Source of the DNA: Rhizobiaceae bacterium
Lineage (GTDB): Bacteria; Pseudomonadota; Alphaproteobacteria; Rhizobiales; Rhizobiaceae
NCBI GenBank assembly: GCA_032057925.1
Contig: DAMCEK010000008.1
Span: 19,888 to 83,887, forward strand
Direction: 5' to 3'
DNA length: 64,000 bases
Translations under genes and position numbers: made by a program
Part shown: in pieces, positions 1 through 10,989 of the stretch
Numbering within the stretch: the stretch's first letter is position 1
Layout of the letters: each line of letters starts with the position of its first letter
The notes under the pieces: generated by a model
The model's input: the letters and a program-made list of their open reading frames with translations, nothing else
Database searches by the model: none
What the model was told of the DNA's origin: nothing

Positions 1-1
1 T

Positions 2-769
2 CATATCAGGGATGTTTCATGGGGGCCATCGGCCGACCGTCGCATCATCGAGGATATCAGCTTCGATGTTGCGCCGCGATCTGTGACGGTGATCGTCGGC
101 GCGAATGGTGCCGGAAAATCGAGCCTTTTGCGCTGCATCTACCGGCTCTATCGTCCGCTCGGCGGGCAAATTCTGCTTGATGGCAACGACATCTGGCAAA
201 TGCCGCCGCGCGACGTTGCGCTCAGAATTGCAACGGTGCTGCAGGAAGCAATGCCGGATTTTCCGTTCACGGTGCGAGAGGTCGTTGCCATGGGGCGCAT
301 ACCGCACAGGCGCGGTCTGTTCGGGCTTTCATCAGGGGAGGGAGAAATCGTCGAGGCCATGCTGGAGCGTCTCGATCTCATGGCGCTGGCCGATGAATCC
401 TTCGGCATTATTTCCGGTGGTGAAAGACAGCGCACCCTTATCGCGCGTGCTCTGGTGCAGGAGCCGGGCCTTCTGGTGCTGGACGAGCCGACCAACCACC
501 TCGATATCCGCCACCAGCTTGAAATTCTCGAAGCCTTGCGCGGTCTCGACATCACCATTGTCATGACGCTGCATGACTTGACGCTTGCTGCAGCACTCGC
601 CGATCAGATTATTGTCATGCATGAAGGCCATGTGATCGCCAAGGGCAAGCCTGCCGATGTCCTGATCCCGACAAATATCCGCCGCGCCTTTGAAGTGGAC
701 GCCACAATCAGCCAGATCGAGAGCGAAATGCGCTTTGCTTTCCGTTTGCCACAGGAGCGCGTGTCATGA
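2..769 (+). CDS. ABC transporter ATP-binding protein, iron-chelate (FecE/FepC-like) type; 5' end off-window
   Basis: Frame is open from nt 2 with no start in the window. Walker A GANGAGKS, signature ISGGERQR, Walker B LLVLDEPT, H-loop TLHDL. Stop overlaps the next start (ATGA at 766-769). Confidence 0.9.
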   Translation, partial: HIRDVSWGPSADRRIIEDISFDVAPRSVTVIVGANGAGKSSLLRCIYRLYRPLGGQILLDGNDIWQMPPRDVALRIATVLQEAMPDFPFTVREVVAMGRIPHRRGLFGLSSGEGEIVEAMLERLDLMALADESFGIISGGERQRTLIARALVQEPGLLVLDEPTNHLDIRHQLEILEALRGLDITIVMTLHDLTLAAALADQIIVMHEGHVIAKGKPADVLIPTNIRRAFEVDATISQIESEMRFAFRLPQERVS

Positions 770-1710
770 AATATCTCGCCGTATTTTCCTTGCTGCTTGC
801 CGTGCTGTTGTCAAAGGAAGCAGGAGCCTTTCCCGTCACCGCCGAAAGCTGCGGACGAAAAGTGACCATCGAGAAAGCGCCCACGCGCTCTGCTTCCTAT
901 GGCTCCAATCTGACCGAGATCATGCTAGCGCTTGGTCTTCAGGACCATATGGCCGGGTTCATCGGTCAGGGCGACAGGCTCAAGGCATCTACTTTTAACG
1001 ACTTTCCAGCAATTGCCGACTTGCCCGAATTGCAGCGCAGCTATCCCTCGCTGGAACTGTTTCTTGAAAAGGAAATCGATTTCTATTTCGCCGGGTGGAG
1101 CTATGGCATGCGGGTCGGTGGCGAGGTGACACCCGACACGCTCTCAGCCTATGGCATTCCTGTCTATGAACTGTCGGAATCCTGCGTGCGGCTTGGCAGG
1201 GAAGTTCGCCCGACATTCGACTATCTCTATCGTGATCTTGAAAATCTGGCTGCAATTTTTGGTGTTCCCGAACGCGCAACGGCACTTGTGGCTGGCTATC
1301 GGAAACGTATTGCAGCGGTTGAAGAAGCGGTTCGCGGCAAAGAACGACCGAGTATCTTCATCTATGATTCCGGCGAACGGGTCGCCATCAGTGCAGGCGG
1401 CTATTCCATGCCACAAGCGATCGTCGAGGCGGCTGGCGGCAGCAATATTTTTTCCGATGTGGCATCAAGCTGGATCAGGATCGACTGGGAAACTATGGTG
1501 GACCGGAATCCGGCGGCAATCGTCATTGTCGATTATGGCGAAGTCACCGCCGAACAGAAGATCGCCTTCCTCAAAAGCATGCCCGCCTTCGATAATGTCG
1601 ATGCGATCCACAACGAACGCTTTCTCGTTCTGGGGTATGACGACCTGACACCCGGACCGCGCAATGTTTCGGCTGCTGAGCGTCTGGCGGAGTTTTTGCA
1701 TGGTAAATGA
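766..1710 (+). CDS. Periplasmic substrate-binding protein, iron-chelate/cobalamin (FecB/BtuF-like) class
   Basis: Signal peptide MKYLAVFSLLLAVLLSKEAGA. About 314 aa, lying between a FecE-like ATPase and a FecCD permease and translationally coupled on both sides. Confidence 0.8.
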   Translation: MKYLAVFSLLLAVLLSKEAGAFPVTAESCGRKVTIEKAPTRSASYGSNLTEIMLALGLQDHMAGFIGQGDRLKASTFNDFPAIADLPELQRSYPSLELFLEKEIDFYFAGWSYGMRVGGEVTPDTLSAYGIPVYELSESCVRLGREVRPTFDYLYRDLENLAAIFGVPERATALVAGYRKRIAAVEEAVRGKERPSIFIYDSGERVAISAGGYSMPQAIVEAAGGSNIFSDVASSWIRIDWETMVDRNPAAIVIVDYGEVTAEQKIAFLKSMPAFDNVDAIHNERFLVLGYDDLTPGPRNVSAAERLAEFLHGK

Positions 1711-2779
1711 AGTCGCAGGCGACAATCCTCTGCACAAACGCCGTCAGGCCAGACTATCGCTTTGCTCCCGGCTGGGGCTGCTGCTCATTTGCGGTTTTGG
1801 GCTGATCATATTGGCGTTGACCCTTTCGGTCAGCCTTGGTTCGGCACGCATTCCTTTTGCAACGATCTGGTCGATTGTGCTCAACAGGCTTGCACCCGAC
1901 ATGATCGAACCGTTCTGGTCGGCGGGTCGCGAAAATATCGTTTTGAGCCTGCGTTTTCCGCGTGCGCTTCTGGCGGCAATCGTCGGGGCAGGACTTGGCA
2001 TGGCAGGGGCTGCCATGCAGGGCATAACCCGCAATCCGCTCGCCGATCCGCACCTTCTTGGTGTCTCGGCTGGCGCGGCACTCGGGGCCAATGTGGCGAT
2101 CCTGCTGGTTGGAAATGTGCTTGGGCCGGTGACGGTTCCGCTGTTTGCCTTTGCGGGCGCGTTGCTGGCGACGCTATTGATCCTTGCTGTGGCAGGCGTG
2201 ACGCGTGCAACCGATCGGACGCAACTTGTGCTGGCCGGTGTTGCAATCTCCTTCATCATCTCCGCCGCTGCCAATCTGGTCATTCTTTTTGCCGATCCGC
2301 GTGCGGTGGCCAATGTCGTCTTCTGGATGCTGGGCGGGTTCGGGCTTGCGCAATGGAGCAACCTTGCCATTCCATTTGCAGCGCTTCTGATTGCCGGGTT
2401 TATCTTCATCGTCAATGCAAGAGCGCTCAACGCGCTCGCCATGGGAGATGAAAGTGCGACGACGCTTGGCATTCGCGTCACGCGGCTGCGCTTCACGCTT
2501 CTGATTGCCAGCGCCTTTGTAACCGGTGTGTTGGTGGCTTTTTCCGGTATGATTGGTTTCGTCGGCCTCATGATGCCGCATATCGCGCGGCTTCTGATCG
2601 GTGGCGATAATCGGCTTGTTCTGCCGGCGAGTGCGCTTTTGGCAGCGATCTTTCTCGTTCTTGCTGATGTCACCGCCCGAACGCTGCTTGCGCCCAATGA
2701 TATTCCGGTCGGCATCATTACTGGCTTTATCGGCGGATTTTTCTTTTTAATAATGCTGGTGAAAAGACGTATGTGTTAA
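1700..2779 (+). CDS. FecCD/BtuC-family ABC transporter permease
   Basis: Polytopic hydrophobic protein with a FecCD-like C-terminus (NDIPVGIITGFIGGFFFLIML). ATG at 1700 overlaps the upstream stop (ATGGTAAATGA); the ORF-track start at 1664 is an alternative. Confidence 0.88.
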   Translation: MVNEVAGDNPLHKRRQARLSLCSRLGLLLICGFGLIILALTLSVSLGSARIPFATIWSIVLNRLAPDMIEPFWSAGRENIVLSLRFPRALLAAIVGAGLGMAGAAMQGITRNPLADPHLLGVSAGAALGANVAILLVGNVLGPVTVPLFAFAGALLATLLILAVAGVTRATDRTQLVLAGVAISFIISAAANLVILFADPRAVANVVFWMLGGFGLAQWSNLAIPFAALLIAGFIFIVNARALNALAMGDESATTLGIRVTRLRFTLLIASAFVTGVLVAFSGMIGFVGLMMPHIARLLIGGDNRLVLPASALLAAIFLVLADVTARTLLAPNDIPVGIITGFIGGFFFLIMLVKRRMC

Positions 2780-2794
2780 TTTTATTATTAAATC

Positions 2795-3367
2795 TTATAG
2801 TAGTCTTATAAAGATAAGATAAAGCATACCATTTCCAGAGAATATTAAGGAAACAGAGCTGCTATCTGTTAGAAGCGCGCAATCGTGCTTGCATAGAGTA
2901 ACCTTATTGCTGTCAACGGTGGTTTCGATTTGGCCTTCCGCACAGTAAACAAGCGTTGTGCCGCGATCTGGTGTTACAATGGTTGAACCATCAATGGCAA
3001 TGCGTTCGACGTGATGCGTATAGCGTTCTCGTCGTGTCATAACGTTGAGATCGGTGATTGCCCCGTTGATGATACGGGCACCAGAAATGGCATCTGCGGC
3101 GAAGGAAAAAGGCGTGCTATCGCGGGTGAGAGTGGTTTTCACACCTTCAATATCGAGAACAATGCCGTTGCCCTCCAGCACCGATAATGTGCGATCAATG
3201 TCGGGAAAAATCGAAAAGGCACCATCATCGGCAACAGTTGCCGTGGAAATGCGCCAGTTGAAATTATCGACCGACGCATTTTCGGGATGGATCGCGATTT
3301 CCACCGTCTCTCCGCCACCGTTTTTCCACGGCATGCATTTGTGATCGGCGCTGCGCAAGATCTTCAT
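2795..3367 (-). CDS. hutD: HutD-family protein
   Basis: MKILRSADHKCMPWKNGGGETVEIAIHP... matches the HutD N-terminus. 190 aa from the ATG at 3367, 4 nt downstream of the hutU stop. The longer track ORF (to 3664) overlaps hutU and is rejected. Confidence 0.85.
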   Translation of the reverse strand: MKILRSADHKCMPWKNGGGETVEIAIHPENASVDNFNWRISTATVADDGAFSIFPDIDRTLSVLEGNGIVLDIEGVKTTLTRDSTPFSFAADAISGARIINGAITDLNVMTRRERYTHHVERIAIDGSTIVTPDRGTTLVYCAEGQIETTVDSNKVTLCKHDCALLTDSSSVSLIFSGNGMLYLIFIRLL

Positions 3368-3371
3368 TGGG

Positions 3372-5045
3372 TCAATTCCCCAGAATACCCGGGAGGCGCA
3401 GACCCTGTTGCTTTGCCCAGTCGAGCGCTTCTTCATAACCCGCATCGGCATGGCGCATGACACCAGTGGCCGGGTCGTTCCAGAGTACGCGCCCGATACG
3501 CTCATCCGCATCTTCCGAACCATCACAGCAGATGACCATGCCCGCATGCTGGGAAAAGCCCATACCGACGCCGCCGCCATGATGCAGCGATACCCATGTA
3601 GCACCCGAGGCGGTATTGAGGAGCGCGTTGAGTAGCGGCCAATCGGACACAGCGTCCGAGCCATCTTTCATGGCTTCCGTCTCGCGGTTGGGCGAAGCGA
3701 CCGAACCTGAATCCAGATGATCGCGTCCAATGACAATCGGGGCTTTCAATTCGCCATTGCGCACCATTTCGTTGAAGGCGAGGCCGAGCCGATGACGGTC
3801 ACCAAGACCGACCCAGCAGATACGGGCCGGCAGGCCCTGAAACGCGATGCGATCCTTTGCCATGTCGAGCCAGTTGTGCAGATGCCCGTTGTCCGGCAGC
3901 AGTTCCTTCACTTTGGCATCGGTCTTGGCAATGTCTTCCGGGTCGCCCGAAAGAGCAGCCCAGCGGAAAGGTCCGATGCCACGGCAGAACAAGGGGCGGA
4001 TATAGGCAGGCACGAAGCCGGGAAACGCAAAAGCGTCGTCCAGACCTTCTTCCAGTGCCATCTGACGGATATTGTTGCCGTAATCCACCGTCGGAATACC
4101 AGCATTCCAGAAGTCGAGCATGGCCTGAACCTGTACCTTCATCGACGCGCGGGCAGCTTTAGCAACGCCCTTCGGATCGCTTTCCTGTTTTGCCCGCCAT
4201 TCGGCGACGCTCCAGCCAATTGGCAGATAGCCATGCACCGGATCATGCGCGGATGTCTGGTCGGTTACGATATCCGGCTTCACACCGCGCTTGACGAGTT
4301 CCGGAAAGACTTCGGCAGCATTGCCGATCAGTGCGATGGATTTCGCCTCGCCTGCCTTGGTCCATTCTTCGATGCGGGCCAAAGCTTCATCGAGACTGTG
4401 GGTCTTTTCATCGACATATCGGGTGCGCAGGCGGAAATCGGCGCGGGTTTCGTCGCATTCGACGGCAAGGCAGCAGGCCCCTGCCATGACCGCTGCGAGA
4501 GGCTGCGCGCCGCCCATACCGCCCAAGCCCCCGGTCAAAATCCATTTGCCCTTGAGGTTGCCGTCATAATGCTGGCGTCCGGCTTCCACGAAAGTTTCGT
4601 AAGTACCCTGAACGATACCTTGCGCACCGATATAGATCCACGAACCGGCAGTCATCTGGCCGTACATGGCCAGCCCCTTTTTATCCAGTTCGTTAAAATG
4701 GTCCCATGTCGCCCAGTGCGGCACGAGATTGGAATTGGCGATCAGCACGCGCGGCGCGTCTTTATGGGTACGGAATACGCCGACCGGCTTGCCGGACTGC
4801 ACCAGCAGCGTTTCGTCTTCGTTAAGCGTCTTGAGTGTCGCGACGATACGGTCAAAATCGTCCCAGGTGCGCGCTGCGCGACCGATGCCGCCATAGACGA
4901 CCAGCTCATGCGGACGCTCGGCCACGTCCGGGTCGAGATTGTTCATCAGCATGCGGAGCGGGGCTTCCGTCAACCAGCTTTTCGCATTGAGTTCACTGCC
5001 GCGCGGCGCTCGGACTTCGCGCTCATTATGGCGTGGGTTCGACAT
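3372..5045 (-). CDS. hutU: Urocanate hydratase
   Basis: 557 aa with the NAD-binding [13 protein letters not shown] motif and urocanase-typical sequence throughout; sits in the hut operon. Confidence 0.97.
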   Translation of the reverse strand: MSNPRHNEREVRAPRGSELNAKSWLTEAPLRMLMNNLDPDVAERPHELVVYGGIGRAARTWDDFDRIVATLKTLNEDETLLVQSGKPVGVFRTHKDAPRVLIANSNLVPHWATWDHFNELDKKGLAMYGQMTAGSWIYIGAQGIVQGTYETFVEAGRQHYDGNLKGKWILTGGLGGMGGAQPLAAVMAGACCLAVECDETRADFRLRTRYVDEKTHSLDEALARIEEWTKAGEAKSIALIGNAAEVFPELVKRGVKPDIVTDQTSAHDPVHGYLPIGWSVAEWRAKQESDPKGVAKAARASMKVQVQAMLDFWNAGIPTVDYGNNIRQMALEEGLDDAFAFPGFVPAYIRPLFCRGIGPFRWAALSGDPEDIAKTDAKVKELLPDNGHLHNWLDMAKDRIAFQGLPARICWVGLGDRHRLGLAFNEMVRNGELKAPIVIGRDHLDSGSVASPNRETEAMKDGSDAVSDWPLLNALLNTASGATWVSLHHGGGVGMGFSQHAGMVICCDGSEDADERIGRVLWNDPATGVMRHADAGYEEALDWAKQQGLRLPGILGN

Positions 5046-5055
5046 GGCGTTCTCC

Positions 5056-5856
5056 TCAGGCTTTCAGTTTGTGCGCACGCTTTTCCAGCTGCTGCAAAAG
5101 GGTTTTGAGATGGATGCGCAGCCTTTCCGCTTTGGCCTGATCGTAGGCGAAGGGCACGGCTTCGGTTGCAAGATGGGTTGATTGGGCAAGCTCCATCTGG
5201 ATTGCATGCACGCCGGTTTCCGGCTTGCCGTAATGGCGCGTCGTCCAGCCGCCCTTGAAGCGGCCATTGAGGATCGACGTGTAACCTTGTGCCCCGGCGG
5301 TCACTTCGACAGCCGCCGCCTCGATCTTCGGATCGCAGGTCTTGCCCATATCCGTGCCGATGTTGAAATCGGGCAATTTGCCTTCAAACAGGAAAGGAAT
5401 ATGAGAGCGGATCGAATGGCAGTCATAGAGGATGGCGACGTCATGGATCGCCTTCACGCGTTCAATCTCGGAGGCCAAAGCATCGTGATAGGGTTTGTGA
5501 AAACGGGTGATGCGATCGGAGATGTCAGCTTCTTTCGGAGCTTTGCCGTTTTTCCAGATGGCAAGGCCGTCAAAGTCGGTTTCCGGTATCAGCGTCGTCG
5601 TGTTCTGGCCCGGATAGAGGCTGACGCCTGCCGGATCGCGATTGGCATCAATGCAATAGCGATGAAAGGTGGCGCGAACGGTCGTGACATTGTCCAGAAG
5701 CCCGTCATAAAGCTGATGGATATGCCAGTCGGTGTCGGCAAGCATGCGGCCATTGTCATTGAGCCGTACCCATATATCTTCCGGCACATCTGTTCCGGTG
5801 TGGGGCAGGCCGAGAATGACGGGTGATAAACCCTGTTGGACTTCAAAGGCACTCAT
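5056..5856 (-). CDS. hutG: N-formylglutamate amidohydrolase
   Basis: [28 protein letters not shown]... is an FGase-type N-terminus. ATG at 5856 lies 1 nt after the hutH stop. The track ORF extension to 6030 overlaps hutH. Confidence 0.9.
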   Translation of the reverse strand: MSAFEVQQGLSPVILGLPHTGTDVPEDIWVRLNDNGRMLADTDWHIHQLYDGLLDNVTTVRATFHRYCIDANRDPAGVSLYPGQNTTTLIPETDFDGLAIWKNGKAPKEADISDRITRFHKPYHDALASEIERVKAIHDVAILYDCHSIRSHIPFLFEGKLPDFNIGTDMGKTCDPKIEAAAVEVTAGAQGYTSILNGRFKGGWTTRHYGKPETGVHAIQMELAQSTHLATEAVPFAYDQAKAERLRIHLKTLLQQLEKRAHKLKA

Positions 5857-5857
5857 A

Positions 5858-7393
5858 TCAGGCCTCCAGTGCAGGCAGGATGTTTGCGCTGATGCTGCCG
5901 GTGAACGAGCCGTCGGCAATGATGGCGTTTGCAGCGGCGAGATCGCTGGCCATGTAGCGATCAACTTCCAGCGTCGGCACATGCACGCGCAGAACGGCGA
6001 TGGCGTTTTTAAGCTCAGGGCTGGTTTCAAGCGGACCGCGCAATTCGACGCCGAGCGCGCCGGTTAAAGCTTCAATGCCGATGATTGCGTTGAGGTTTTC
6101 AGTCATTTGCAGCAGGCGGCGGGCACCGTGGCAGGCCATGGAAACGTGGTCTTCCTGATTGGCGGAGGTTGGTGTGGAATCAACCGATGCCGGATGTGCC
6201 ATCTGCTTGTTTTCGCTCATCAGAGCTGCCGAAGTGACTTCCGCAATCATAAGACCCGAATTGAGACCCGGCTTTTTTGCAAGGAAGGCTGGCAGGCCGA
6301 AGGAAAGCGCAGGATCAACCAGAAGCGCAATGCGTCGCTGGGCAATCGCGCCAATTTCACAGACAGCAAGCGCGATCTGGTCTGCTGCGAAGGCAACTGG
6401 CTCGGCGTGGAAATTACCGCCTGAAACCACACTGTCATCGGAGAGAACGAGCGGGTTATCGGTGACGGCATTGGCTTCGATTTCGAGCGTGCGTGCTGCC
6501 TGACGCAGAATATCGAGACATGCACCATCCACCTGTGGCTGACAGCGGATGCAATAAGGATCCTGTACGCGCTGGTCGCCTTCTAGGTGGCTCTCGCGAA
6601 TGACCGAACCCGACAGCAGATTGCGGAGTGCTGCGGCAGTATCGATCTGGCCCTGATGACCGCGCAATGTGTGAATATCCGTATGGAACGGTGCGGTCGA
6701 ACCCATTGCCGCATCGGTTGAAAGCGCTCCAGTGATGAGGGCTGCCTGCAATGCGCGATGGGCGCGGAAAAGACCGGCCAATGCTAGTGCAGTCGAGGTC
6801 TGTGTGCCGTTGATGAGTGCGAGACCTTCCTTGGCAGCCAGAACGACGGGCTTGAGGCCCGCCTTTTTTAGCGCCTCAGCAGATGGCAGGCGCTCACCCC
6901 GATAGAACGCTTCACCTTCACCGATCATGGTTGCTGCCATATGAGCGAGTGGTGCGAGATCGCCAGAAGCGCCAACCGAACCCTTGGCCGGGATCATCGG
7001 GATCACGCCCTTTTCAAGCATGGCTTCGATGAGAGTGATGAGTTCGAGCCGCACACCCGATGCGCCACGGCCAAGCGAAATGAGCTTGAGCGCCATGATG
7101 AGGCGCACGATGTCTTCGCTCAGCGGTTCACCAACGCCACAGCAATGCGACAGGATCAGATTACGCTGAAGCGTTGCCACATCTTCAGGCGCGATGCGGA
7201 TTGAGGCGAGCTTACCAAAGCCGGTATTGATGCCATAAACCGGGGCATCGCCAGCGGCGATTCCGGCAATGCGTGCCGCAGCCTTTTCAACGCCCTTATG
7301 AAAGGACGGATCAATGCGAACAGCAAGGTTTTTGCTGTAGATTTTCTCGATGGTCGAGAGTGGAACGCTACCGGGCTTCAATATGAGGGACAT
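5858..7393 (-). CDS. hutH: Histidine ammonia-lyase
   Basis: MIO-forming ASG triad in [16 protein letters not shown]. Start [12 protein letters not shown] is preceded by GGAG; the alternative start at 7405 adds 4 aa. Confidence 0.97.
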   Translation of the reverse strand: MSLILKPGSVPLSTIEKIYSKNLAVRIDPSFHKGVEKAAARIAGIAAGDAPVYGINTGFGKLASIRIAPEDVATLQRNLILSHCCGVGEPLSEDIVRLIMALKLISLGRGASGVRLELITLIEAMLEKGVIPMIPAKGSVGASGDLAPLAHMAATMIGEGEAFYRGERLPSAEALKKAGLKPVVLAAKEGLALINGTQTSTALALAGLFRAHRALQAALITGALSTDAAMGSTAPFHTDIHTLRGHQGQIDTAAALRNLLSGSVIRESHLEGDQRVQDPYCIRCQPQVDGACLDILRQAARTLEIEANAVTDNPLVLSDDSVVSGGNFHAEPVAFAADQIALAVCEIGAIAQRRIALLVDPALSFGLPAFLAKKPGLNSGLMIAEVTSAALMSENKQMAHPASVDSTPTSANQEDHVSMACHGARRLLQMTENLNAIIGIEALTGALGVELRGPLETSPELKNAIAVLRVHVPTLEVDRYMASDLAAANAIIADGSFTGSISANILPALEA

Positions 7394-7417
7394 GGAAAAC
7401 TCCATTGGTGATATGAA

Positions 7418-8635
7418 TTAAATCTTGCCTCTGAAAACCCGCTTCCAGAGCGGATTGAAGCCAATGCGGTAAACAAGCTCAGCTGGGCGCTCGACGCTCC
7501 AGATAGCGAGATCAGCGTCTTTGCCGACTTCAAGCGTGCCTGTCTTGTCGAGCACACCAAGGGCACGGGCTGCTTCGCGGGTTACACCTGCAATGCATTC
7601 ATCGACCGTCATACGGAAAATGGTAGCGCCCATGTTCATGGTGAGCAGAAGCGAGGTAAGCGGCGAAGTGCCGGGATTGTTGTCGGTGGCTAGCGCCATC
7701 TTTGTGCCAGCCGCACGGAAAAGATCGACCGGTGGCTTTTGGGTTTCGCGGATGAAATAATAAGCGCCGGGGAGCAGAACTGCGACGGTTCCAGCTTTGG
7801 CCATCGCAGCCGCGCCTTCAGCATCTGTATATTCGAGATGGTCGGCGGAAAGCGCATCATATGAAGCGGCAAGTGCTGCGCCATGCAGATTGGAAAGTTG
7901 ATCGGCGTGGAGTTTTACTGGCAGGCCATGTGCCTTGGCAGCGTCGAAAACACGGGCGATTTCGTCGGGCAAAAATGCAATGCCTTCACAAAACCCGTCC
8001 ACTGCATCCGCGAGATTTTCGGCGGCGATGGTGGGTAGTATTTCATCGACGACTTTGTCAATAAATGCTGTTTTATCCCCATTCATTTCCGGTGGCAGTG
8101 CATGGGCGCCGAGGAAAGTGTTGCGGACTGCGATATCGCGTTCGTTTGCGAGACGGCGAGCCGCACGCAATGACTTCGCTTCATTCTCCGTATCCAGACC
8201 ATAACCGGACTTCACCTCGACCGTGGTGACGCCCTCAGCGATCAGCGCATCAAGGCGCGGCAGGGTTTCGTGCACCAGATCATCTTCGCTCGTAGCGCGA
8301 AGGTTTTTGACCGACGAAACGATCCCACCACCAGCGCGAGCGACTTCCTCATAAGTCGCGCCATTGAGCCGTAACTCGAATTCTTGAGCGCGGTTGCCTG
8401 CATGAACCAGATGTGTGTGGCAATCGATCAGACCCGGCGTGATCAGGCGGTTTTCACAGTCGATCCGCTCCAAGATGGTATATTCTGTGGGCAAAGCAGA
8501 TTGCGGTCCTGCATAGGCAATTTTGCCGTCTTTAACGGCGATCGCTGCCTTGTCAATGAGGCCGAGACCTTGCGCCCGCTCAGTCAGTGTGGCGATGCGT
8601 GCATTGATGTAAACGAAGTCGGATTTGTTCTGCAT
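7418..8635 (-). CDS. hutI: Imidazolonepropionase
   Basis: 405 aa amidohydrolase with the DCHTHLV metal-binding motif; first gene of the minus-strand hut operon. Confidence 0.96.
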   Translation of the reverse strand: MQNKSDFVYINARIATLTERAQGLGLIDKAAIAVKDGKIAYAGPQSALPTEYTILERIDCENRLITPGLIDCHTHLVHAGNRAQEFELRLNGATYEEVARAGGGIVSSVKNLRATSEDDLVHETLPRLDALIAEGVTTVEVKSGYGLDTENEAKSLRAARRLANERDIAVRNTFLGAHALPPEMNGDKTAFIDKVVDEILPTIAAENLADAVDGFCEGIAFLPDEIARVFDAAKAHGLPVKLHADQLSNLHGAALAASYDALSADHLEYTDAEGAAAMAKAGTVAVLLPGAYYFIRETQKPPVDLFRAAGTKMALATDNNPGTSPLTSLLLTMNMGATIFRMTVDECIAGVTREAARALGVLDKTGTLEVGKDADLAIWSVERPAELVYRIGFNPLWKRVFRGKI

Positions 8636-8667
8636 CAGCGTTTTCTCGCTTCCCCTGTTTGGCTATA

Positions 8668-8679
8668 ATGTATATACAT
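8668..8679. promoter_or_regulatory. Perfect 12-bp palindrome ATGTATATACAT, candidate HutC operator
   Basis: Read directly from the sequence. Lies in the only hut divergent intergenic region, 33 nt from the hutI start and 108 nt from the hutF start. GntR/HutC-type operators are GT..AC-based palindromes. Confidence 0.55.
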
Positions 8680-8786
8680 ATTAATGAAGCTGCCAAGAGG
8701 AAAAATGCCTCGCGCCGAAATCTGTCGAAAAGCCGGATGCGGATGACCAGCCCTCTAAGGCTGGATGAAACAAGGAGTGGGACCGA

Positions 8787-10151
8787 ATGACGACGCATTG
8801 CGCGGAACGATTTATCCATGCAGATCAAGTGCTTGTGGAAAGCGGCTGGGCCGAGGACGTGCGTATTGGGGTGGCCGGAGGAAAAATCGCTTCGATCGCG
8901 GTCGGCATTGCATCGCAGGCGGGGGACGAAAGACATGCGGTAATCGTCGCCGGAATGCCGAACCTGCACAGCCACGCCTTCCAGTATGGCATGGCCGGGC
9001 TGACGGAGAAGCGTGGTCCTTCGGCGGACAGTTTCTGGAGTTGGCGCGAGATCATGTATAAGTTTGCGCTCACCATGACGCCAGAGCAGGCTGAAACGGT
9101 TGCATTGCGGCTTTATGTCGAGATGCTGGAAGCCGGTTTTACTCGCGTCGGCGAATTTCATTATCTGCATCATGACCGTGACGGTACGCCTTACGGCAAT
9201 ATCGCAGAAATGGCAGATCGCATCGTATCGGCTGCCAAAACCGCAGGCATCGGCCTGACATTGCTGCCGGTCCTCTATGCCCATTCCAGTTTCAATGGCG
9301 CTGCGCCAAACCAAGGGCAGCGCCGTTTTATCAACGATGCCGATAGTTTCGCCCGTCTGATCGAGGGTTGTCAGAAAGCGCTTTCAGGTTTTGACGGCGC
9401 GGTGCTTGGCGTAGCGCCGCACAGTCTGCGTGCCGTCACGCCGGACGCACTGACATTTGCGGCAAAGCTTCTGCCTGATGCGCCGGTGCATATTCACATC
9501 GCCGAACAGGTCAAGGAAGTGGAGGACTGCATTGCGTGGTCCGGGCAACGACCCGTCGAATGGCTGCTCGATCATCAGGAACTGTCGTCGCGCTGGTGCC
9601 TCATTCACGCAACGCATTTGAGCGACGACGAAACGCGGCGCATGGCATGTACGAATGCTATTGCCGGGCTTTGTCCGATCACGGAGGCTAATCTGGGTGA
9701 CGGCACCTTCAACGCGGCGATCTTCGATGTGGAAGGCGGGCGGTTCGGTATCGGTTCCGATTCCAATGTGCTGATCGGCATCGCAGACGAATTGCGCCAG
9801 CTTGAATACTCGCAGCGTCTGGCGCATCGCGCGCGCAATGTGCTGGCCGAGAACGAGGGCTCGTCTGGCCATTCGTTGTTCGATGGGGCTGTGAAAGGGG
9901 GCAATGTTGCGCTTGGCCGGTCGGGCGACGGGCTAAGGCAGGGCGCGTCAGCAGATTTCATCTCACTCGACGTGGCGCGCCTGCTTCATGCGAAGGGCGA
10001 CACGCTGCTGGACGGCTGGATTTTTGCCGGTCGTGCGCGGGTCTCTGACGTGTGGGTGCGGGGCGTGAAACAGGTGGAAGCTGGACGTCACCGCTTGCGC
10101 GATGAAGCAGAGCGTGCTTTCCAGAAAGTGATCGGTGAATTGCTCTCCTGA
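8787..10151 (+). CDS. hutF: Formimidoylglutamate deiminase
   Basis: 454 aa amidohydrolase-superfamily protein (PNLHSHAFQ metal site); divergent from hutI and followed by hutC. Confidence 0.93.
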   Translation: MTTHCAERFIHADQVLVESGWAEDVRIGVAGGKIASIAVGIASQAGDERHAVIVAGMPNLHSHAFQYGMAGLTEKRGPSADSFWSWREIMYKFALTMTPEQAETVALRLYVEMLEAGFTRVGEFHYLHHDRDGTPYGNIAEMADRIVSAAKTAGIGLTLLPVLYAHSSFNGAAPNQGQRRFINDADSFARLIEGCQKALSGFDGAVLGVAPHSLRAVTPDALTFAAKLLPDAPVHIHIAEQVKEVEDCIAWSGQRPVEWLLDHQELSSRWCLIHATHLSDDETRRMACTNAIAGLCPITEANLGDGTFNAAIFDVEGGRFGIGSDSNVLIGIADELRQLEYSQRLAHRARNVLAENEGSSGHSLFDGAVKGGNVALGRSGDGLRQGASADFISLDVARLLHAKGDTLLDGWIFAGRARVSDVWVRGVKQVEAGRHRLRDEAERAFQKVIGELLS

Positions 10152-10169
10152 TCGCGGAAGTACAGCGAG

Positions 10170-10937
10170 GTGCAGGCAGTGCAGGACAATTCTTCCAAAA
10201 AGCCGGGAATTTCCGGTAAATCCCAGCGGGGGTTGTCGCTACATCAGCGCATTTTGAGCGATATAGAAGGCCGCATCCTGTCCAGCGAATGGCAGCCGGG
10301 ACACCGCATTCCTTTCGAACATGAACTGACCGAGCACTATAATTGTTCGCGCATGACGGTGAACAAGGTGCTTGTCCAACTGGTCAGGGCCGGCCTTGTT
10401 GAACGCAGAAAAAAGTCGGGCACATTTGTCAGTAAGCCCAGAGCCCAGTCGGCAATTCTGGATATTCACGACATCAAGGATGAGGTGCGGTCACTCAACC
10501 TTGGTTATAGCTACAGTTTGCATTCGATTGCGCGACGGCTTGCCAGCGAGGAAGATATGACGCGGCTCGGCCTTGCAAAGCCATCTGAAATCCTCGACCT
10601 GACCTGTGTGCATTTTGCGGGCGGTGAGCCCTTTTGTCTTGAAGAGCGATTGATCAATCTCTCTGCTGTTCCACAGGCCGCAGATTTCAAGTTTCAGGAC
10701 ATGGCGCCTGGACCGTTTCTGATCGCCCAGATTCCCTGGACTGCCGCGCAACATCGCATTCAAGCCGTATCCGCAGGGATAAGGGAAAAAAAGCTGCTCG
10801 CATTGAATGCCAAACAGGCGTGTCTGTTGATCGAACGACAGACATGGGCGCAAGACGGTGCAGTTACAAGCGTCAAACTCACCTATCCTGGAAACCGGCA
10901 TGTTCTGACCGCGCAGTTTCGACCAAGCAGCCAATGA
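10170..10937 (+). CDS. hutC: Histidine utilisation repressor, GntR/HutC family
   Basis: N-terminal winged HTH (IPFEHELTEHYNCSRMTVNKVLVQLVRAGLVERRKKSGTFV) plus a UTRA-like C-terminal half. GTG start. Confidence 0.9.
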   Translation: MQAVQDNSSKKPGISGKSQRGLSLHQRILSDIEGRILSSEWQPGHRIPFEHELTEHYNCSRMTVNKVLVQLVRAGLVERRKKSGTFVSKPRAQSAILDIHDIKDEVRSLNLGYSYSLHSIARRLASEEDMTRLGLAKPSEILDLTCVHFAGGEPFCLEERLINLSAVPQAADFKFQDMAPGPFLIAQIPWTAAQHRIQAVSAGIREKKLLALNAKQACLLIERQTWAQDGAVTSVKLTYPGNRHVLTAQFRPSSQ

Positions 10938-10989
10938 CTTAATGCTTACCAATCTCGGGCTGACTATTGAGCGCAAAACGCCCGAGGCT

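Noticed and set aside
1744-2718. 324-aa minus-strand ORF
   Set aside because: It is antisense to the FecCD permease gene. The composition (Ser/Ala/Arg/Pro-rich) is not protein-like, and there is no RBS or operon context.
3717-5108. 463-aa plus-strand ORF
   Set aside because: It is entirely antisense to hutU, whose identity is unambiguous. The product is Arg/Ala/Gly-rich and low in complexity, typical of a shadow ORF in GC-rich coding DNA.
8580-9314. 244-aa minus-strand ORF spanning the hut control region
   Set aside because: It is antisense to hutF and runs across the hutI/hutF promoter region and into hutI. The sequence is Arg/Cys-rich and not protein-like.
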